From Alphaproteobacteria bacterium (GTDB lineage Bacteria; Pseudomonadota; Alphaproteobacteria; GCA-2731375), in contig CBDDPY010000002.1 of NCBI GenBank assembly GCA_965232515.1, positions 4,416,001-4,480,000 on the forward strand: 64,000 nucleotides of DNA. The letters run 5' to 3'. A model generated the notes under the pieces. That model saw only the letters and a list, made by a program, of their open reading frames with translations. It searched no databases and was not told the DNA's origin. Both the position numbers and the translations under genes were made by a program. This document shows, piece by piece, positions 13,920 through 23,952 of the stretch (position 1 is its first letter; every line of letters begins with the position of its first letter).

Positions 13920-15374
13920 TTAGTTCGTCAGCTCTTCGAAGGTGTCCGGCGGCGGGTCGACGACGCCAAAACCGTCGCTCTGAATCTGGATCACAGCCAG
14001 ACCGCGTTCGGCGACGCCATCCGGCCGGAACCGGAAGATACCGTCGTTGCCGGCGAAGCCGCTCGCGTTGGTCAGGGCATCGGTATCGAATGTCGGGCCG
14101 CCGGGCGTCTGCGACAGCACCGCGGCCAATGCCGCCGCGTCGTAGGCGACGCTGGCGATGCGGGGCGGCTTGCGGCCATAGACGGTCTCGAACCGCTGAC
14201 GGAAGACATTGCCGGCCGACGGTGGCGGACCGGCGAACCAGGCGCCGACCATCGCCGATTCGCGGCCGATCACGGGGTCATCCCAGAGTCCGGTGCCCAG
14301 CAGCCGCACTTCCGAAACGTCAATATCGTAATAGGGAAGCAACGGCGCCACCGACCTCAGAAGCTGTCCGCCCGCCGGCAGCATCACCGCGTCGAACCCG
14401 ACCTCGCCGACCGTGTCCCTGTTCTCCAGCCGGCGCAGCCGCCGCTGGGCCGCGGCGTCGCCCCGGGCCTGCAGCGCCTGGCGCTGGTCCAACAAGGCCT
14501 GGCGCCGGCCGGCGTAGCGCGCCAGGCGCTTGACCGCGTCGTCGGCATCGGCGCCATCGGCCGCGAAGTATTCCACCTGGGACAGTTCGCCGCCGAAGCG
14601 CGCCACGGCGTTTTCCAGCTCGCGCGCCACGGTCACGCCGTAGGGTGTTTCCGGCACGATGGCGGCGAAGCGGTAAAGACCCTGGGACACCGCGTAGCCG
14701 ACGACGCGTTCGACCTGCTGATTGGGCGCGAAACCCATCAAATAGACACCGTCGCCGGCCACGTTCCGGTCGGTGGAAAATGCGACCACGTTGATGCCGC
14801 GCTCCCGCGCGAGCGGCGCGACGGTCTCGACCGACTCGCGGAACAGCGGTCCCAGCAACAATTCGGCGCCCTCTTGCAGGGCGCTTGCCGCGGCGGCCTC
14901 CGCGCCTGCCGGCGTGCCCATGGTATCGCGCGGCAGGAGCACCAGCGAATCGTCGGCGATGTCGAACAGGGCCATCGATGCCGCGTCCAGCAACGCCCGG
15001 CCGAGTTCGGCATGCCGACCCGATAACGGCAGCAGCAGACCGACCTTGACCGGCGCGGCGCTCGCCGGCCGGGTCAGCACCGGCACTTCTTCGACGGTGA
15101 TATCGGGCGTCGTTGGCCGTACCGGCGCCGACGTCGTCGGCGCCGGCTCGAAACTTTCCTGCCGCAACACGCGCGGGTTGGCAACGGCGGTCTCCTGCGC
15201 CGGCGGCGCCGTCGCTGGTGTCGACGGTTGGGTTGGCGCTAAGGTCGTGGACTGGCAGGCGACGAGGGGCGCGGACAGGATGGCGATTGACAGCACGGCT
15301 GGGCGCGTGGCGATACGCAGGTTGGCAGCGTACGCCCATGACGCGCGCCTGACGCGGGTGAGATAACGGCGCAC
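13920..15374 (-). CDS. Penicillin-binding protein activator (LpoA/LppC-like lipoprotein)
   Basis: Lipobox LVAC, KVGLLLPLSG, LLLGPLF and GIFRFRPDG..ERGLAV motifs; divergent from rsmI; start uncertain. Confidence 0.88.
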   Translation of the reverse strand: MRRYLTRVRRASWAYAANLRIATRPAVLSIAILSAPLVACQSTTLAPTQPSTPATAPPAQETAVANPRVLRQESFEPAPTTSAPVRPTTPDITVEEVPVLTRPASAAPVKVGLLLPLSGRHAELGRALLDAASMALFDIADDSLVLLPRDTMGTPAGAEAAAASALQEGAELLLGPLFRESVETVAPLARERGINVVAFSTDRNVAGDGVYLMGFAPNQQVERVVGYAVSQGLYRFAAIVPETPYGVTVARELENAVARFGGELSQVEYFAADGADADDAVKRLARYAGRRQALLDQRQALQARGDAAAQRRLRRLENRDTVGEVGFDAVMLPAGGQLLRSVAPLLPYYDIDVSEVRLLGTGLWDDPVIGRESAMVGAWFAGPPPSAGNVFRQRFETVYGRKPPRIASVAYDAAALAAVLSQTPGGPTFDTDALTNASGFAGNDGIFRFRPDGVAERGLAVIQIQSDGFGVVDPPPDTFEELTN

Positions 15375-15376
15375 GA

Positions 15377-16294
15377 ATGTCCTCCTCGGGGCCCACTGGA
15401 GACGATCGCGAGTCTAGTCGCGGTCGAACCCGGCGTAAACCGGCGGCGCCGGATGTTGCGGCGTTGTCACCGGGGCTTTATCTCGTTGCGACGCCCATCG
15501 GCAATGCCCGCGATATCACATTGCGCGCGCTCGACGTGCTGGCGTCGGCCGACGTGATCGCCTGTGAAGACACGCGGGTTACGGCGAAGCTGCTGTCGAT
15601 CCATGGCATCGCCACGCCGACCACCGCCTATCACGAGCATAACGCACGGCGCGCCGGTCCGGCTTTGATCGAACGGATCGCCGGCGGCGCGGCCGTGGCC
15701 CTGGTGTCCGATGCCGGCACGCCGCTCGTATCCGATCCCGGCTACCGGTTGGTTCAGGCAGCCATCGCCGCCGACTTGGCCGTGACGCCCATTCCGGGTC
15801 CCTCGTCCGTGCTGGCGGCGTTGACCGTCGCCGGCCTGCCGACGGATCGGTTTCTGTTCGCGGGCTTTCTGCCGCCAAAGCGAACCGGCCGACGGCAGAT
15901 GCTGGCCGAGCTGGCGGCACTGCCGGCCACGCTGGTATTTCTCGAGACCGCGCCCCGTGTCGCGGCGTCGCTGGCCGACATGGCGGCGCAGCTTGGCGAC
16001 CGGCCGGCCGTCGTCGCGCGGGAGCTGACCAAGTTCTACGAAGAAGTGCGGCGCGACGGCTTGGCAGAACTGGCGGCGCACTATGCCGAAGCCGGCGCGC
16101 CGAAAGGCGAAATTGTCGTGTTGGTCGGTCCGCCGGCGCCCGAGACGGCCAGCGACGCGGAGGTCGACCGCGCCTTGGCCGAGGCGCTCGTCAACATGAG
16201 CGTCAAGGACGCTGCCGCCTCGGTCGCCGCGATGACCGGTTGGCCGCGGCGCGAGGTCTATCGTCGGGCGCTCGATCTCAGTGAAAAACAGTGA
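15377..16294 (+). CDS. rsmI: 16S rRNA C1402 2'-O-methyltransferase
   Basis: LYLVATPIGN, ACEDTRVT, VSDAGTPLVSDPG and RELTKFYEE motifs. Confidence 0.97.
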   Translation: MSSSGPTGDDRESSRGRTRRKPAAPDVAALSPGLYLVATPIGNARDITLRALDVLASADVIACEDTRVTAKLLSIHGIATPTTAYHEHNARRAGPALIERIAGGAAVALVSDAGTPLVSDPGYRLVQAAIAADLAVTPIPGPSSVLAALTVAGLPTDRFLFAGFLPPKRTGRRQMLAELAALPATLVFLETAPRVAASLADMAAQLGDRPAVVARELTKFYEEVRRDGLAELAAHYAEAGAPKGEIVVLVGPPAPETASDAEVDRALAEALVNMSVKDAAASVAAMTGWPRREVYRRALDLSEKQ

Positions 16295-16647
16295 GCAATC
16301 GTCGACGGGCGCGACGGGCCGGCCGCTGGGCCGAAACCGTCGGCGCCTGGCTGTTCCGGCTGAAGGGCTACCGAATTCTGGCGCGGGACTTCCGTGTGCC
16401 GGTCGGCGAGATCGATCTGCTGGCGCGGCGCGGCAGGGTGCTGGTCGCCGCCGAGGTGAAATGGCGGCCGTCGATGCGCGCGGGCGCCGAGGCGGTAACG
16501 CCGCGGCAACAGCGGCGTATCGCCCGCGCGGTCGAGGCCTATATCGCCCGGAATCCGGATCTGGCCGCCCTGAATGTGCGATTTGACGTAGTTCTAGTGG
16601 TTCCATGGCACCGACCACACCATATAATGGACGCTTGGCGACCGTGA
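16291..16647 (+). CDS. YraN family (UPF0102) protein
   Basis: GYRILAR, GEIDLLA, EVK and RFDVV motifs. Confidence 0.92.
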   Translation: MSNRRRARRAGRWAETVGAWLFRLKGYRILARDFRVPVGEIDLLARRGRVLVAAEVKWRPSMRAGAEAVTPRQQRRIARAVEAYIARNPDLAALNVRFDVVLVVPWHRPHHIMDAWRP

Positions 16648-16680
16648 TTCGGTCGAACGCAGCTCTGAGGACATCTGAAA

Positions 16681-17286
16681 ATGAAGCGATTCTACGGCTT
16701 GGCCGGCACCGTGCTGGCGATGATCGGATTGGCGCTTTCCACGACGGGTTGCCTTGAAATGGCCGTCGGCGCGACGGCCGCCGGCGGCGTGGCCGCGGCG
16801 CAGGAACGCAGCGTCGGCAGCGCCATCGACGACAAGACCCTGCTGGTCCGCGTGAACGAGAAACTTCTGCGCAAGGACGAGCGCCTGTTCGGTAAGGTCG
16901 ACGTGGACGTGCTCGAAGGCCGGGTGCTTTTGACCGGCGTCGTGCCGACGCCCGACGACCGCGTCGAGGCGGCGCGGCTGGCCTGGCAGGCCGATGGCGT
17001 GAAGGAAGTCCTGAACGAGCTTCAGGTCGACAACAAGACCGGCGTGCTCGATTTCGCCAAGGATAGCTGGATCACCACGCAGCTTCGCGCGAAGATGCTG
17101 GCCGACCGATATGTCTTCGACATCAACTACACGATCGATACGGTGAACGGCACGGTCTATGTCATGGGCATCGCGCAGAATCAGGCGGAGTTGGAGCGGG
17201 TGACCAACCATGCTCGAAACCTGAGCGGCGTGCAAAAGGTGATCAGCCACGCCAAGCTCAAGACCGACGCGTCGCGAGGCTCGTGA
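16681..17286 (+). CDS. BON-domain lipoprotein (DolP/YraP-like)
   Basis: Lipobox TTGC; two BON domains (EGRVLLTG; DSWITTQLRA...NGTVYVMG). Confidence 0.9.
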   Translation: MKRFYGLAGTVLAMIGLALSTTGCLEMAVGATAAGGVAAAQERSVGSAIDDKTLLVRVNEKLLRKDERLFGKVDVDVLEGRVLLTGVVPTPDDRVEAARLAWQADGVKEVLNELQVDNKTGVLDFAKDSWITTQLRAKMLADRYVFDINYTIDTVNGTVYVMGIAQNQAELERVTNHARNLSGVQKVISHAKLKTDASRGS

Positions 17287-18113
17287 ACGACGGCGGCTCA
17301 CTGGATGAGGTTTTGCGCGCCGTCGGCGATCAGGCCGACGCCGATATCGACATTGCCGGGACAGCCCTGGCGTTGGGCGGGCTCGACCGGCCCGGCGTGC
17401 CGCTCGCGCGCTACCAGGCTCATCTGGACGAGATTGGCCGCGACATAGCGACCGCTGCGCCGGACGATGCCGACGCGGCAACCGCCGCGGCGTCGTTGCG
17501 TGACGTGATGTCGGAAGAATACGGCTATCGCGGTGACGAGCAGACCTATGACGACATGCAGAACGCCAACCTGCTGCGCGTCATCGACCGGCGCAAGGGG
17601 CTTCCGGTGGCGCTCGCCATTCTCTATATGCATGCCGCCCGTCACCGCGGCTGGTCGATGTGGGGCCTGAATTTTCCGGCGCATTTCCTGGTCCGGCTCG
17701 AGGTCGACGGCGCGCGGCTGATCCTGGACCCGTTCCGTGGCGGCCGGGTCGTCGACACGCCCGACCTCAGGGAACTGCTGAAACGCCTGGCCGGCGACGG
17801 GGCCGAGCTGCGCAACGACTATTACCAGATCGTCGGCGATCGCGACGTCCTGCTGCGGCTGCAGAACAACATCAAGACCCGGGCGTTGCAGCAGAACGAC
17901 CTGGCCCGGGCGGTTGAGATCATCCGGCGGATGCTGCTGCTGGCGCCGCAACGGTACCGGCTCTATCGCGAGCTCGGCCTGATCGAGGCGCATGCCGGCA
18001 ACATGCAGAACGCGATTGCCGCCGCGGAGCGTTATGCCGCGCAGGCCATCGGCGACGCCGAGCGGCACGATGCCGCCATGCTGCTGCAAAAACTACGGTC
18101 GACCCTGAACTGA
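17283..18113 (+). CDS. SirB1/transglutaminase-like protein with TPR
   Basis: [23 protein letters not shown] and LDPF motifs. Confidence 0.9.
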   Translation: MNDGGSLDEVLRAVGDQADADIDIAGTALALGGLDRPGVPLARYQAHLDEIGRDIATAAPDDADAATAAASLRDVMSEEYGYRGDEQTYDDMQNANLLRVIDRRKGLPVALAILYMHAARHRGWSMWGLNFPAHFLVRLEVDGARLILDPFRGGRVVDTPDLRELLKRLAGDGAELRNDYYQIVGDRDVLLRLQNNIKTRALQQNDLARAVEIIRRMLLLAPQRYRLYRELGLIEAHAGNMQNAIAAAERYAAQAIGDAERHDAAMLLQKLRSTLN

Positions 18114-18180
18114 CCCGGCCGCGTTTGACGCGCATGAGCCGGCATCTCATAGTGCCGGCGGACGAGTTGGAGAATCCGCC

Positions 18181-19146
18181 ATGAGCCTGGCCGTCGCCAT
18201 CCAGATGGACCCTATCGAGCCGATCGATATCGACGCCGACAGCACCTTCGCGCTGGCGTTGGAAGCGCAGAATCGCGGCCACGGCCTGTACCACTATCTG
18301 CCGAAGGATCTGAGCTTCAAGGCTGGCCGGGTGGTGGCCAAGGCGCGGCCGCTGACCGTGCGACGGGAGCCCGGCAACCATGCCGATCTCGGCGCCGTCG
18401 AGGCGATCGATCTGGCCGACGTCGACGTTGTGCTGATGCGCCAGGACCCGCCCTTCGACATGGCCTACATCACCGCGACGCACATTCTGGAGCATATCCA
18501 TCCCGAGACGTTGGTGGTGAATGACCCCGTGAATGTGCGCAACGCGCCCGAGAAGCTGTTCGTCACCCACTTTCCCGAGCTGATGCCGCCGACCTTGATC
18601 ACCGCCGATATGGACGAGGTCAGGGCGTTCCGCGACGCGCACAAGGACATCATCGTCAAGCCGCTCTACGGCAACGGCGGCGCCGGCGTGTTCCACATCG
18701 CGCCCGGCGACGAGAACCTGAACGCGCTGTTGGAAATGTTCACCCAGATCTCACGCGAGCCGGTGATCGTGCAGCGTTACCTGCCGGAAATCCGCCAGGG
18801 CGATCGGCGGGTGATCCTGATCGACGGCGAAGCCGCGGGCGCCATCAATCGGGTGCCGGCCGAGGGCGAGGCGCGCTCGAACATGCATGTCGGCGGCACG
18901 CCCCTGAAGTGGGAGATGACGCCGCGCGAGCACGAAATCTGCCACGCCATCGGCCCGGTGCTGCGGGAGCAGGGCCTGATCTTTGTGGGCATCGATGTGA
19001 TCGGCGACTACCTGACCGAGATCAACGTCACCTCGCCGACCGGCATCCAGGAGGTCGGCCGCTACGACGACAGCAACTTGGCCGGCCAGATCTGGGACGC
19101 GATCGAGCGCCGCTACCAGTCAACGCGCGGACATCCGGCGTCGTAG
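18181..19146 (+). CDS. gshB: Glutathione synthetase
   Basis: [19 protein letters not shown] and EINVTSPTG motifs. Confidence 0.98.
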   Translation: MSLAVAIQMDPIEPIDIDADSTFALALEAQNRGHGLYHYLPKDLSFKAGRVVAKARPLTVRREPGNHADLGAVEAIDLADVDVVLMRQDPPFDMAYITATHILEHIHPETLVVNDPVNVRNAPEKLFVTHFPELMPPTLITADMDEVRAFRDAHKDIIVKPLYGNGGAGVFHIAPGDENLNALLEMFTQISREPVIVQRYLPEIRQGDRRVILIDGEAAGAINRVPAEGEARSNMHVGGTPLKWEMTPREHEICHAIGPVLREQGLIFVGIDVIGDYLTEINVTSPTGIQEVGRYDDSNLAGQIWDAIERRYQSTRGHPAS

Positions 19147-19199
19147 GCCGGTTAGGCGATGGGGCGTGTCGCTAAGATATCCCGCCAATGGAACGAGCA

Positions 19200-19234
19200 T
19201 TGACATCGTCAACCTGAATTTGTAGTATATACTA
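19200..19234 (+). promoter_or_regulatory. Sigma70 promoter and palindromic operator of the TA operon
   Basis: TTGACA (19200-19205), 17-nt spacer, TAGTAT (19223-19228); perfect palindrome TAGTATATACTA at 19223-19234 overlaps the -10. Confidence 0.8.
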
Positions 19235-19258
19235 TATTATTGATTCGAAGGTCCGACC

Positions 19259-19504
19259 ATGCGCAGCATCTCCCTGATGAGCGCCAATCAGGAATTCTCG
19301 AAGCTCATCAAAGCGGTCGAGCAGGGCGAGGGTTTCGTCATCACCCGTCGCGGGCGTCCGATAGCGAAGCTGGTGCCGCATACCGCGGACAAGACGGAGG
19401 ATCCGGAATGGGCGGCCGCCTATCAGCGCATGCTGGCGCGGCTCGATGAAGGTGCGTCGCTGGGCGGCCTCAAGGTCGACCGCGACGAGCTCTATGACCG
19501 TTAG
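19259..19504 (+). CDS. Phd/YefM family antitoxin
   Basis: ANQEFSKLIKAVEQGEGFVITRRGRPIAKLVP. Confidence 0.92.
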   Translation: MRSISLMSANQEFSKLIKAVEQGEGFVITRRGRPIAKLVPHTADKTEDPEWAAAYQRMLARLDEGASLGGLKVDRDELYDR

Positions 19505-19952
19505 AGCCCGCTTTTCGCTCGATACGAACATTCTGGTCTATGCCGTCGATCGTGACGCGGCGGCGCGCCACCAGACGGCAAAGAGTGTCGTGGCACGCGC
19601 GGCCCTGCACGATTGCATCCTGACAGTCCAGGCCCTGGCCGAGTTCTTCCATGCGACGACGCGCAAGAACCTTCTAACGCCAACTGCCGCAGCCGACTTC
19701 GTGCGTGATTGGCTGTCGGTATTCGATACGGCATCGGCCGATCAGGCGGTGCTGGCCGAGGCGATGGAAGCCTTGCAATCGCACTCATTGTCCTTCTGGG
19801 ATGCCATGTTGTGGGCGACGGCGAAGCAGGCGGGCTGCGCCGCGATCCTCAGCGAGGACATGCAAGACGGCCGAAGGCTCGGCGGTGTCGAGATCATCAA
19901 CCCTTTCGCTCCGGCCGCGACAGACAGACTGACGCAATGGCTGGATCCCTGA
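19494..19952 (+). CDS. PIN-domain (VapC-like) toxin
   Basis: LDTNILVYA, QALAEF, SFWDA and LSEDMQ motifs; overlaps the antitoxin stop. Confidence 0.92.
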   Translation: MTVRARFSLDTNILVYAVDRDAAARHQTAKSVVARAALHDCILTVQALAEFFHATTRKNLLTPTAAADFVRDWLSVFDTASADQAVLAEAMEALQSHSLSFWDAMLWATAKQAGCAAILSEDMQDGRRLGGVEIINPFAPAATDRLTQWLDP

Positions 19953-19994
19953 TGGCGCTTGCGATCCGCTGGATATCCCGCCCCATCGTTTCCC

Positions 19995-20783
19995 ATGCCC
20001 TGGATTGACCTGAACCTGTTTGTCGGCGTGCCGGGCTGGGCCGTTGCCTGTGTGGTCGTGGCGCATTTCATCGGGTTCTTCATTCGCGGCGCTTTCGGGT
20101 TCGGGTCGAACATGCCGATCGTGCTGCTGACGACCTGGCTGCTGGGGCCGCATCACGCCATTCTGCTGGTCGTGCTGACGGCGTCGGCCGCGCAGGTGCA
20201 TCTGTTTCCACAGGGGCTGAAGACGGCGGACTGGCGGGTCACCCGTTCGCTGCTGGTCGGCCTGCTCGCCGGCACGGCGGCGGGGACCTGGCTGTTCACG
20301 CAGCTTCCGGCCAACTGGCTCACCTTGATCCTGGGGCTGCTGATCTCCGCCGTGGTGCTGATGGACCGGTTTCGGGTGTTGGACTGGCTGTCGGCGTCGG
20401 TCGATCTGCGGTCACTGCCGGTGACGACGTCGCTGTCGGTCACCTCAGGCGTCGTCGGCACGGTCAGCGGCGGTGGCGGGATCTATTTTCTGGTCTCCTA
20501 CCTGAAGCTCGCCTGCCCGACGCCGGACCTGTTGCGCGGCACCAATCTGGTGCTGTCCGGCCTGTTCATGATGGGCCGGTTGATCTTCGTCACGGCGGCC
20601 GGTCTGTTCACGCTCGAGCTGCTGGTCGAGGCCGTGCTGATCCTGCCGGCGGTCTTCCTCGGCACCTGGTCCGGCACACATTTCTTCCGCAGCGCGACGC
20701 CGCAGCGCTTCTATGCGGCGCTGCAAATGCTTCTGCTGGTGGCGGCGGCGGCGTTGATGGCGCGCGGGCTATATCGGATCTGA
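19995..20783 (+). CDS. TauE/SafE family (sulfite exporter) membrane protein
   Basis: GFFIRGAFGFG repeat; about 8 TM segments; start approximate. Confidence 0.85.
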   Translation: MPWIDLNLFVGVPGWAVACVVVAHFIGFFIRGAFGFGSNMPIVLLTTWLLGPHHAILLVVLTASAAQVHLFPQGLKTADWRVTRSLLVGLLAGTAAGTWLFTQLPANWLTLILGLLISAVVLMDRFRVLDWLSASVDLRSLPVTTSLSVTSGVVGTVSGGGGIYFLVSYLKLACPTPDLLRGTNLVLSGLFMMGRLIFVTAAGLFTLELLVEAVLILPAVFLGTWSGTHFFRSATPQRFYAALQMLLLVAAAALMARGLYRI

Positions 20784-20790
20784 TGTGCGG

Positions 20791-21540
20791 TCAGTGGACG
20801 GTCGTCAACACAAGCGGACCGCGTTTGGTGGCCACCAGCGTGTGCTCGTACTGCACCGTGCGAACGCCGGGCTCGGTGTGAAGCGTCCAGCCGTCATCAG
20901 CGACCTCGACCCAGTCGGCCGCGGTCGAGAGAAACGGCTCGATGGTGAAGACCAGACCGTCGTGCATCACGCGCGCGTCCCGCGGCTCGAACCAGGTCGG
21001 GATCTCGCCCGGCGCCTCGTGCAGGGCGCGGCCGACGCCGTGGCTGGCGAGGTTGCGGATCAGCTTGTAGCCGTGCCGGCCGGCGAAGCGCTCGACCCGG
21101 CGGCCAATCTCGTTCAGGGGCTGGCCGGATTTGACGGCGCGGATGCCTGCCCAAAGGGCGCGCTTGCCGTTGCGGCAGAGCGCCTTTACCTCGCGCGTCA
21201 CCGGCGGCACAGCGAAGCTGGCGCCGGTATCTGCGAACAAGCCGTTCTTCTCGGCCGAGACGTCGATGTTGACGAGATCGCCGGCCGTGATCACGCGGTC
21301 GCCGGGAATGCCGTGCGCCACCTCTTCGTTGACGCTGATGCAGGTGGCGCCGGGAAAGCCGTAGCTGAGCTCCGGCGCCGAACGGGCGCCGGCGGCGTCC
21401 AGCAACCCGCGGCCGATGACGTCGAGCTCGGCCGTCGTCATGCCCGGCTCCAGCGCCCGGCCCATGGCCTGCAGAACCTGCGCCACGATCCGGCCGATCC
21501 CGCGCAAGCCGGCGAGTTCTTCCTCATTCGAGATGGTCAT
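20791..21540 (-). CDS. map: Type I methionine aminopeptidase
   Basis: CISVNEEVAHGIP, NIDVS, DTG, HGVG, FTIEPF and QYEHT motifs. Confidence 0.95.
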   Translation of the reverse strand: MTISNEEELAGLRGIGRIVAQVLQAMGRALEPGMTTAELDVIGRGLLDAAGARSAPELSYGFPGATCISVNEEVAHGIPGDRVITAGDLVNIDVSAEKNGLFADTGASFAVPPVTREVKALCRNGKRALWAGIRAVKSGQPLNEIGRRVERFAGRHGYKLIRNLASHGVGRALHEAPGEIPTWFEPRDARVMHDGLVFTIEPFLSTAADWVEVADDGWTLHTEPGVRTVQYEHTLVATKRGPLVLTTVH

Positions 21541-21553
21541 CCGATGATCTCCG

Positions 21554-22372
21554 TCACTCCGCGTCGGTGACGCCGACCCGCAGGCGCACCAGATAGCGGG
21601 CGTCGCCACCGGTCGCCAGGAAGGTCGCCGCCTGATCTTCGGTGTCGACCAGCGTCGCATCGTTCAGCGCCCGCCATTCGGCAGTCGGCCCGTAGGCGCC
21701 CTGCGTCACCCGCACGAACACCAGGCCGATCGCCTGATCGCCGCCGTCGGTGATCTCGGATGCGATCGTGCCGGCGGTTTTCGTTGCCGTAATGACCGCC
21801 TCGTCGAAGGGGGCGTCGCCGCTGCCGGCGAGGTCGGCGGCCGCCTGCCGCCAGACGTTGGCGGCGATGTCGCCGTCATCCTGCTCGGCGATGGCCAGCA
21901 GCACGCTGGCGCTTTCGCCCGAGGCCAGCGCGCCTTGCCAGACAGCGAGGCTGCGCAACTGTTGCTCGCGCGCTTGCATGTTGCGGCAGACGAAGGACGG
22001 CTTGCCTTTCCGGGCGCCGGCGGTGCAGCGGAAGGACGAGGTGAAGCGCGAGACCTTGTCCAGGCTGTCGAAGCGCAGCTTGTCGCCGTCGCCGAGGCCG
22101 TTGCGCTCGCCCAGGAAGAAGGCGCCGTCCGCCGGCGCGCGGGCGGCCTGGGCCTGCCCTGCTGTGCCGCCGGCATGGATCAAATAAATTTCGTCGCGCT
22201 CGGCCTTGGCGCGGCCGATCTTGATCGTGCCGTCGGCCGGCGCCGTGCCGCCGTGCTCGGTCGCGTATTCGACCGCGATCTCGTCGACAATCAGCCAGAC
22301 CGGCACGCCCTCGGCGGCAACGCTGTTCGCCGCGGTCAGGACAAGGCCGGCGGCCATCAGAATTCCGCGCAT
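21554..22372 (-). CDS. Secreted hypothetical protein
   Basis: Signal peptide MRGILMAAGLVLTAANSVAA; host-like codon usage. Confidence 0.7.
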   Translation of the reverse strand: MRGILMAAGLVLTAANSVAAEGVPVWLIVDEIAVEYATEHGGTAPADGTIKIGRAKAERDEIYLIHAGGTAGQAQAARAPADGAFFLGERNGLGDGDKLRFDSLDKVSRFTSSFRCTAGARKGKPSFVCRNMQAREQQLRSLAVWQGALASGESASVLLAIAEQDDGDIAANVWRQAAADLAGSGDAPFDEAVITATKTAGTIASEITDGGDQAIGLVFVRVTQGAYGPTAEWRALNDATLVDTEDQAATFLATGGDARYLVRLRVGVTDAE

Positions 22373-22598
22373 CCCACATCCCCACTGTTTCGATGAAAGT
22401 TTACCTGAGCCCACGTCACGCTCGCCAGTTCGGGCATTGGCCGGGCCGATACACAACTTCTGTCTGTTCGGCACTGGTACGCCGTGCCGATCTCGTAACG
22501 GAACATTCACCAAATCCGTTAACCGAGCGCTGTCGGGAAATACGACAGGCCGTGCGCACGGCATCGGGCAAGGTGTTGAAATCGTTGCGCGGCCGCTC

Positions 22599-22614
22599 TG
22601 GTACGGTTGCTGCT
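22599..22614 (+). promoter_or_regulatory. Putative sigma54 promoter
   Basis: TGGTACGGTTGCTGCT gives GG-N10-GC spacing; IHF-like sequence AAGGTGTTGAAA just upstream. Confidence 0.5.
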
Positions 22615-22673
22615 GATATCGGAAGCACCAATCGGTCCCATGGGTTTTGCGTTGGTCAACGGGAGTGTCGTCC

Positions 22674-22808
22674 ATGTCGAAGTTTACCGGTTCCCACCGT
22701 CGGTCCCTCGCCCGAGTCGAGCAGGATATCTGGCTCGGTCCGATCCTGATGGGCTTCGGCCTGACCATGGGCGTCGTGCTTTTGATCGCCATCGTGACGA
22801 CGGGCTGA
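22674..22808 (+). CDS. 44-aa single-TM small protein (absent from ORF track)
   Basis: GGGAG RBS; translates MSKFTGSHRRSLARVEQDIWLGPILMGFGLTMGVVLLIAIVTTG*. Confidence 0.6.
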   Translation: MSKFTGSHRRSLARVEQDIWLGPILMGFGLTMGVVLLIAIVTTG

Positions 22809-22911
22809 TACGCCCGACCTGCCTGGGTCCGCATGGCGCCGGGCTTGGCCCTGCGCGCGGAACCTGTCTAAATAGCCCCGCAATTCGCGTTCATTGGCGG
22901 GGGTCGGGCGC

Positions 22912-23952
22912 ATGACGGCGCATGTCGGCACGGTAGCGTTCCTGGGCATCGAGGCGGTGCCCGTCGACGTGCAGGCGCAGATGGCGGGCGGCCTGCCCGC
23001 CTTCAATGTCGTCGGTCTGCCGGACAAGGCGGTGGCGGAATCGCGCGAGCGGGTCCGCGCCGCGCTCGGCGCTATCGGCCTGGCGCTGCCGCCGAAACGC
23101 ATCACCGTCAATCTCGCCCCGGCCGACCTGCCGAAAGAAGGCAGCCATTTCGATCTGCCGATCGCGCTCGCCCTGCTGCTGACCATGGGCGTGCTGCCGG
23201 CGGACGAGCTCGAGGGCTTCATCGCGCTCGGCGAACTGTCGCTCGACGGCGCGCTGGCGCCGGTCGCCGGCGTGTTGCCGGCAGCGATGACAGCCGTCGC
23301 CCGCGACCAGGGCCTGATCTGTCCGCAGGCGCAGGGGCCGGAAGCGGCCTGGGCGCGGGATCTGCGCGTGCTGGCGCCGGCCAACCTCTTGGCCCTGATC
23401 AATCACTTCAAGGGCAGCCAGGTCCTTGGCCAGCCCGAGCCGGCGTTGAGTGACGACGATACGGGTGGCCTGCCCGATCTGCGCGACATCAAGGGCCAGG
23501 AAGCGGCGAAGCGCGCGCTCGAGGTCGCGGCCAGCGGCGGCCACAACCTGCTGATGGTTGGGCCGCCGGGCGCCGGCAAGTCGATGCTGGCCGAGCGCAT
23601 GGCCGGGCTGCTGCCGCCGATGGACGCGACGGAAGCGCTCGAGGCGTCGATGATCGCCAGCGTCGCTGGGCTGCTGCAGGGCGGCCGGATCTCGCGCCGC
23701 CGGCCCTATCGCAACCCGCACCATTCGGCCTCGATGCCGGCGCTGGTCGGCGGCGGCCAGCGGGCCCGGCCCGGCGAGGTCAGCCTCGCGCACAATGGCG
23801 TCCTGTTCCTGGACGAGCTGCCCGAGTTCAACCGCCCTGTGCTGGAGGCCCTGCGCCAACCCCTCGAATCCGGCGAGGCCGTGGTCGCCCGCGCCAACGC
23901 CCATGTCAGCTATCCCGCCCGCTTTCAGCTGCTGGCGGCGATGAACCCGTGA
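22912..23952 (+). pseudogene. comM: ComM/YifB Mg-chelatase-like AAA+ ATPase, 5' part, truncated by island insertion
   Basis: [44 protein letters not shown] and FLDELPEF motifs; stops at AAMNP* where CPCG and a further C-terminal region are expected. Confidence 0.95.
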
